The notes under the pieces: model-generated
The model's input: the letters and a program-made list of their open reading frames with translations, nothing else
What the model was told of the DNA's origin: nothing
Database searches by the model: none
Shown: in pieces, positions 9,695-16,000 of the stretch
How positions within the stretch are numbered: the stretch's first letter is position 1
How the letters are laid out: the number at the start of each line of letters is the position of its first letter
Position numbers and translations under genes: made by a program
Source: Takakia lepidozioides
Taxonomy: Eukaryota > Plantae > Bryophyta
Length of the DNA stretch: 16,000 bases
NCBI GenBank assembly: GCA_030704615.1
Contig: JAKLZA010000172.1
Coordinates: 1 to 16,000, forward strand
Direction: 5' to 3'

Positions 9695-12600
9695 TCACTT
9701 ACTACGGAACCGGTCTACAAAATCTACTTTCCTGGCAAGGGACATGTTGTTTCCATCATCATTTTTTATGAATGGAACTGCTTGAAGAGGGTGCAACAGA
9801 CCTTTGTCGATTCTAACTTGTAAAGTGGACAGCCTCCCACGAACACAACGAAGCTCGGCAAGCAAATGTTTGCGCATTGTTTCACTCTCATTGCCAAGAA
9901 GCGACAGGGACTTCATCTCAGATTCAATTGATGAAACATCCGATGGCTCCTGCCGACCACGCCGGGATGATGCTGAGCACTCCGTAGGCTCTGCTAGATT
10001 CACAACTTCCTCCTCTGCATCAATATCTGGAAGTTCCGATTTCATCAACATGTGAAGACCTCCATGAATGGTCCCGAGCTTTGTGCCACAGAGCTTCACA
10101 ATAAGCCCTTCCTTCAGATTTGGCTTCATCAATTGAAGAACGCGGATTTGATGTTTGCACAAGTTACCCTTCAAAGCCCATGGACAATCGCAACAAGCCC
10201 AGGTGGTCGCAGGTGCATAGATTGTGTAGCTTCGACCGGCCGTTTGAACACTATCCACAATCGCCGGATGACCAGGAACAGTGGGCAAATGAACATTGAC
10301 ATCAGGGATCTCCCTTGCAGTCCAAACAACATTACTGATAAATTCCTCCTGTCGTACATTCCTTTTGAAGCCTTTCGATTTCAAGTTATCTCTATACCAA
10401 TAGTGGGTTAGAACAGGACCCACGAGTTCGCTGATCAGCCAATCGATTCTCCTGCCATCAAGCCTTTGCTTTCCCGAGCGTAAACGAGCCTTCAAATTTC
10501 CGTGCCAAGATTCAATTGCGGCATTAGTATCCTGACTTGCGTGGGGAATATAACGAGCCCCCGTGATCCACATGCTCAGTTTTGGGACCCATTCCATTCT
10601 GATGTAACGTAGGAAGTCACGCGCAAGCGGATAGGAATAATTCAAATCTTCCAGTCGCTCCAGCGCCCACTCTTCTGGGGTGACTCCCACACAGGCGTTA
10701 ATGCCGTACATTACGTCGCCAAGCTGTTTCAAAACAGCATTGCGAGTGTATGGATCGGGCATCTTACGCCACGAATGTTTCAGCCAAGCGCGGCGAACAT
10801 GCCAAAGGCATAGAAATATTGCTACGTCCCCAAACGATTCCCTGCACGCACACACATCAAATGCCACCCAATCCATCAGTGTAACTCTTGTCAGTGTAAC
10901 TCTTATCAGAGGAACTCTTCGCAGTGTAACTCGTAGAAGTGTAACTCTTCAAAGTGTCACTCTTAGTAGTGTGACTCATGTAACCCCTCGTGCATCTGGT
11001 CATGTAACTATCAGTGAAACTCACAGCAGTGTAACCCAACACATATAACCCCTCGCAGCGCTGTAACGCAATCCATGTTACACCGTGTAACTCTCAGAGC
11101 GACCCAACCCATACAACCCTCTGCGATGCTCCCAGTGTAACTCACATGCTATAGCAGTGCAACCTAATCCATGTAGGACTGCGGATGACACGCCGTGTAA
11201 CTCCCTGTGTAACTCGCAGTGTAACCCTCTGTCTACCTCATAGCAGTGTAACCCTCGGTCTAACTCACAGTAGTATAACCCTCGGTCTAACTCACAGCAG
11301 TGTAACCCTCCGTCCAACTCAAGGCAGTATAACCATCTGTCTAACTGATAGTGTAACCCTCAGTGTAATAGACAGCACTGCAACCCAATCCATGTAACCC
11401 CTCGAGCAACTGACAGTGTAACTCCAAGTGTTACAGGCAGCAATGCACCCCCTCGTGTAACTGGCAGTTTAACTCTTACTGTGATTCTCAGTGTAACTAG
11501 CAGCAGTGTAGCCCGATCCATGAAACCCCTCGTGCATGCAACTTGTAGTGTGACTCAGAACATTGTAACTTCTAGCCGTGTACCTGATAGCATTGATTTC
11601 TGCGTCTGCATCGTCGACAACAAAAGCATTTGGCCTCCAATCTGGTTTGCTCTGAAGAAGTCGGTCGCGAAGACGTTTCATCCAGGGGCTCAAGTCAGTC
11701 GTTTTGTTTCTCGCTGATATAATATAAGCAACAGGTATGCCGTTGAGCCATTCGTCGAACACCATCATGGTATACATTGGGAACTGCAATGTCGCAATGG
11801 TACAAAAATGAATAAGGTGAGCGTTAAAATATTGGCAACAGTTGCATGGCACTCACATTTCAGAATGCAATGAAAGGTAAAGCGTGACACGAATACCTTA
11901 TTTTCGTTGGTCCCAAATGTTGCATCGCAGGATACCACACGGTTGTGTCCCAAGTCGATCATTTTCTGTTTTTGCCACTCCGTTTGTATTCCAATTACGA
12001 ACTTCAAATCACCCGCCACTGGCGCTGTCTCTTCATGGTAGAAGAAGACGCTTTCAGGATTGCTATTGACCCACATACGTACACTTTGTGCATCATCTGG
12101 ATGTTTTTTGTAACTCTCAATCGCAAGCTTGTCGGCAATGTTTCTCACGTCGTACTCGAACAAGAAACAATCGCGACTCCACTCCATGCCTGGCTGAGAC
12201 GCACAAGCTTCCTGGAGTTGTTGAGTGTGTTGTGTCATAATCATAGCTGGAGATAGGCCACTGCGAAGACTATCGACGATCCACTGTTTCATATCTTGGC
12301 TGAGACGAGGGGCATGCACGAATCGCGAGAAATGGGAAGAGGGGTCAGCTGAACCATGACATGGCTTTCCTTTTGCATCCACATGCTGTTTCTGGAAGTA
12401 TGTGATGATTGCCAACTCTGAATCTAGAAAACACTGGCCAACTTTGAAGCTACACGTACACCCACGTTTGTATGACTCTCCGAAATCCGCTGCCTTACGT
12501 CTGATTCGCTTGACTGTTGTTTGATTATCGGAGGCTGCTATCGGTTTTTCTTTTTTCTTCACAATCGGCGGGTCCGTGCGCCTATCTATCGGGCCGTAGC

Positions 12601-13095
12601 AGCAGTGGTACCTGCAAAAAAAGCATATAAAGCGAGGAGGGTTATCGCCATATACGACTTTGCTAGACTAGCAGAAAGAAGTGGGGCTGGGAATGTTATA
12701 CAACCCTCATAAGTGACTTACTTATGCCACTGACGATAACTGTTTGCACGCGGTGTTGTCAAATCTGGCAACTCACGGTACCTTCGATCTTGAACATAAA
12801 ATTGGGTCTTCCCATCCACTCTACTCCTTTCTCCCTCCAGAAAGTCAGGAATGCGAGACCATGGAACGACAGCTACTTCGATGGATATCCGTTTCCCTTT
12901 TCCCTGGGAAACCTGGCGTATCCAACGGAGGTTTGTGTGATTGAAAAGCCCGTCTATGGGCAGCTGTAGGATGCATTTCAAATGAGATACCAAATGCTGC
13001 AAATGACAGAGTTCTCCCGCCTCATCTTTCAAACCATTTGATTCCAATGCTGCTTTGCGTTCCTCGTCTAGCACCTTCGCGGCAGCACATGCCAT
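9695..13095 (-). CDS. Spliced ~811 aa MULE-type DDE transposase with SWIM zinc finger; exons 13095-12722, 12611-11897, 11783-11584, 10841-9695
   Basis: Junctions AA|GTAAGT..GCAG|G, AAG|GTATTC..GCAG|TTC and AG|GTACAC..GCAG|G are all in frame; total 2436 nt including TGA. Motifs: YHCCYG..KRGCTCSF..H..CH (WRKY/GCM1/FAR1-like), SCDATFGTN (D1), FVVDDADAE (D2), CLWH (CxxH), TNAAIESWH (E), CDCPWALKGNLCKH (SWIM). Confidence 0.92.
10151..10230 (-). other. SWIM zinc finger of the transposase
   Basis: YTIYAPATTWACCDCPWALKGNLCKH = C-x-C-x8-C-x-H. Confidence 0.9.
10877..11570 (+). repeat. TGTAAC(C/T)C array filling transposase intron 3: 15-bp tandem x~7 (10877-10979) and 27-bp tandem x~5 (11217-11348)
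   Basis: CAGTGTAACTCTTGT-like units start at 10877, 10892, 10907 and onward. CAGTGTAACCCTCGGTCTAACTCACAG-like units start at 11217, 11244, 11271, 11298 and 11325. Confidence 0.9.
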
Positions 13096-13309
13096 TAGCA
13101 GCAACAATACCACCAGTACAGTACAAATCGCATAATACACGCGGGCAACGCAGCGGAGCCCTCGGGACTGCACGTCGTCTACGCACCTGGTGAAAATGAC
13201 GAGCGATGATGGAGTTACACGTGGGTTTTGATGTCACCGAATCGTGTAACCCAGGTTTGAATTCAAAATATCTGACACCTCTTGGAGCCCGCCAATTTTT
13301 GCCGGGCAC

Positions 13310-15462
13310 TAAGGGGCTACACGAACAGGGGTGACATGCGTTGGGGATAAAGGATCCGGGGTGACACGAGCTATGAGTGACACAATCGGGGGTTACACGG
13401 GGGGGATTGATACAGTATCGGGGTTACATGGTGGGGTTACAATGTGAGAGTTGCACAATGAGGGTTACACGAGGCGGAGCTAAAGCGCTGACGTGCAGAG
13501 GGTTACAGGGATGATGGGGTTACGAGGAACTGGAGTTACACGGAGAGGGGTATATGGGATAACATGATACAAGCTTACATTGGGGTTACACGATGCAGGA
13601 TAACATGGAGTGAGGGTTACACCTGCGGAGTAACAGAGGGTTACATGGGTTACAAAGGGTTACAGAGGGTCATGGGGTTACATGGGTTACAGAGGGTGAC
13701 ATAGGGTTACATGGGAGGGTTACATGGAGTGAGGGTTACACTCAGCGGTGTTACAGAGGGATAAACGGGTTACGGAGGGTTACATGGTGGTGAGGGTTAC
13801 ACCTGGTGAGGGTTACAGAGAGTCACAGAGGGTCACATAGGGTTACATGGAGTGAGGTTACACAGGGGTGAGGGTGACATTCTACGGTGTTACAGAGGGT
13901 TACTGAGGGTTACATGGTGGTGAAGGTTACACCTGGTGAGGGTTATAGAGGGTCACAGAGGGTTACATGGGTTATAGAGGGTCAGAGAGGGTTACATGGA
14001 GTGAGGGTTACATGGGGTTACATGGGTTACACAGGGTCACAGAGGGTTACACGGGTTACGCAGGGTCACAGAGGATTACATGGGTTACAAGGAGTGAGGG
14101 ATGCATAGGGATGGGGGTGACACTCTGCGGTGTTACAGAGGGTTACATGGTGGTAAGGGTTACACCTAGTGAGGGATATAGAGGGTCACAGAGGGTTACA
14201 TGGGTTACAGAGAGTTACAGAGGGTCAGAGAGGGTTACATGGAGTGAGGATTACATAGGGGTGAGGGTGACACTCTGCGGTGTTACAGAGGGTTACATGG
14301 TGGTGAGGGTTACAAAGGGTCACAGAGGGTTACATGTGTTACAGAGGGTTACATGGAGTGAGGGTTACATAAGGGGTGAGGGTGACGCTCTACGGTGTTA
14401 CAGAGGATTACATGGGTTACAGAGCCACGGAGGGTCACAGAGGGTTACATGGAGTGAGGGTTACATGGGGATGAGGGTGACACTCTGCGGTGTCACAGAG
14501 GGTTTGTGAGGGTTACGGAGGGTTACATGGTGACGAGGGTGACACTCTGCGGTGTTACAGAGGGTTACATGGTGGTAAGGGTTACACCTGGTGAGGGATA
14601 TAGAGGGTCACATGGGTTACAGAGGGTTACATGGTGGTGAGGGTTATAGAGGGTCAGAGAGGGTTACATGGAGTGAGGGTTACATAGGGGTGAGGGTGAC
14701 ACTCTGCGGTGTTACAGAGGGTTACATGGTGGTGAGGGTTACAAAGGGTCACAGAGGGTTACATGGGTTACAGAGGGTTACATAAGGGGTGAGGACGACA
14801 CTCTACGGTGTTATAGAGGGTTACATAGGTTACAGAGCCACAGAGGGTTTGTGAGGGTTACATGGAGTGAGGGTTACATGGAGTGAGGGTTACATGGTGG
14901 CGAGGGTGACACTCTGCGGTGTTACAGAGGGTTACATGGAGGTAAGGGTTACACCTGGTGAGGGATATAGAGGTCACATAGGGTTACATGGAGTGAGGGT
15001 TACAGAGGGTCAGAGAGGGTTACATGGAATGAGGGTTACATACGGGTGAGGGTGACACTCTGCGGTGTTACAGAGGGTTACATGGTGGTGAGGGTTACAA
15101 AGGGTCACAGAGGGTTACATGGGTTACAGAGGGTTACATGGAGTGAGGGTTACATAAGGGGTGAGGGCGACACTCTGCGGTGTTACAGAGGGTTACATAG
15201 GGTTACATGGGTTGCAAAGTGTTACAGAGGGTTACATGTAGTGAGGGTTACATAGGGGTGGGGGTGACACTCTGCGGTGTTATAAGGGTTACATGGGTTA
15301 CAGAGGGTTACATGTAGTGAGGGTTACATAGGGGTGGGGGTGACACTCTGCGGTGTTATAGAGGGTTACATGGGTTACAGAGGGTCATGGGGTTATATGG
15401 GTTACAAAGGGTTACATGGTAATGTGGGTTACACTCGGCGGAGTTACAGAGGGTTACATGGG
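13310..15462 (-). repeat. Right TIR subterminal GGGTTACA array (dense from ~13600, degenerate 13310-13600)
   Basis: Reverse complement of the left array but longer, with duplicated higher-order blocks. Confidence 0.95.
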
Positions 15463-15728
15463 GGTGATGGTTGAACCCGGGGCGGGGGTTACAGGGAACT
15501 GGCGGACTGCTGGAAGCGGCGGACTGGTGTCGCAGAACGACGACGCAGGGGGCGACGACGCGCCTGGGGCGACGACGCCGATGGGATGAGGGCGGGGGTG
15601 GGGAGGGATTGACCGAGCCCAGCCGGCTGCCTTTCGATGTCTGCCGGAGGCGAAGAACCGGCGGTACGGGTGTCAGGGCTGGACCGTCCTGACGCGCTTG
15701 CATTAAGTTCTTACATTATTCCTATTAT
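15421..15728 (-). repeat. Right TIR, unique GC-rich terminal segment
   Basis: Reverse complement of 13-300. Confidence 0.95.
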
Positions 15729-15733
15729 CTTCC

Positions 15734-16000
15734 CTAGATAACACTAAAATAATATACTGCAGTTAATTTGCCCTGCGAGATGTGAGCCTACAAAAGCAAC
15801 GAGTTTCATCCTAAAAAAATGGAGAGAGATCTTTGATGGATTTGCTATTGGATCAAAGTCGCATTAACGGATGAAGTTATGACAGTAATTGTAGGTAATT
15901 AGGCCACCGATTGAGGCAGATGTCATGATGAAGCTTTAGCTCGAGTTTGGAAGAAATTACATAACTTTGCTACTGCTAGATCTTTGGAAGATAAAAGATA
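15734..16000. other. AT-rich flanking DNA outside the element; possibly a decayed retroelement coding remnant
   Basis: Abrupt composition change and absence of the GGGTTACA motif. Confidence 0.6.

Larger units (their letters stand above)
10..15733. mobile_element. Putatively autonomous Mutator-like (MULE) DNA transposon with long foldback-type TIRs, carrying a transposase gene and a convergent Ulp1-like protease gene
   Basis: Sequence from 13 onward (ATAATAGGAATAATGTAAGAA..GCGCGTCAGGACGGTCCAGCCCTGACACCCGTACCGCCGG..) is the reverse complement of sequence ending at 15728. The interior encodes a DDE transposase with CxxH and SWIM motifs plus a C48 protease. The outermost few bases (10-12 vs 15729-15733) align only with a gap, so exact termini are uncertain by a few bp. 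Confidence 0.92.

Noticed and set aside
13887-15703. ORFs in the TIRs (536-1008 and 13887-15703; RVT/GLH/EGY-rich or Arg/Pro-rich)
   Set aside because: They are translations of the stop-poor repeat or GC-rich TIR, with no domain signal.
13-15728. Long inverted repeat as a read fold-back chimera
   Set aside because: The arms differ in block copy number and by a ~15-bp indel, and they enclose 12 kb of unique sequence with a transposase, as expected for genuine TIRs.

Overview
The window is eukaryotic, plant-like DNA. Nearly all of it (~10-15733) is one apparently intact, ~15.7 kb Mutator-superfamily (MULE) DNA transposon with foldback architecture. Each of its very long terminal inverted repeats has ~290 bp of unique GC-rich sequence followed by a 1.2-2 kb array of the motif TGTAACCC/GGGTTACA. 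The TIRs enclose two convergent spliced genes that I could assemble by hand with GT-AG introns, all phase-compatible. (1) Minus strand: a 4-exon, ~811 aa DDE/CxxH/SWIM transposase. (2) Plus strand: a 5-exon, ~1484 aa protein with an N-terminal C2HC/C2H2-like zinc finger, a long acidic repeat region and a C-terminal Ulp1-like (peptidase C48) protease domain with its catalytic residues. The most unusual property is that the 8-bp, telomere-like TIR motif has spread through the whole element: upstream region, four introns, the intergenic region and a coding exon, where it is translated as K-G/S-D-T repeats. Its orientation alternates in three C-rich/G-rich modules. This recalls the motif-array/anti-silencing logic of Arabidopsis VANDAL elements, and suggests (inference only) an element that targets a deSUMOylase to its own DNA. 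Most short ORFs in the track are repeat or antisense artefacts. No target-site duplication could be confirmed.
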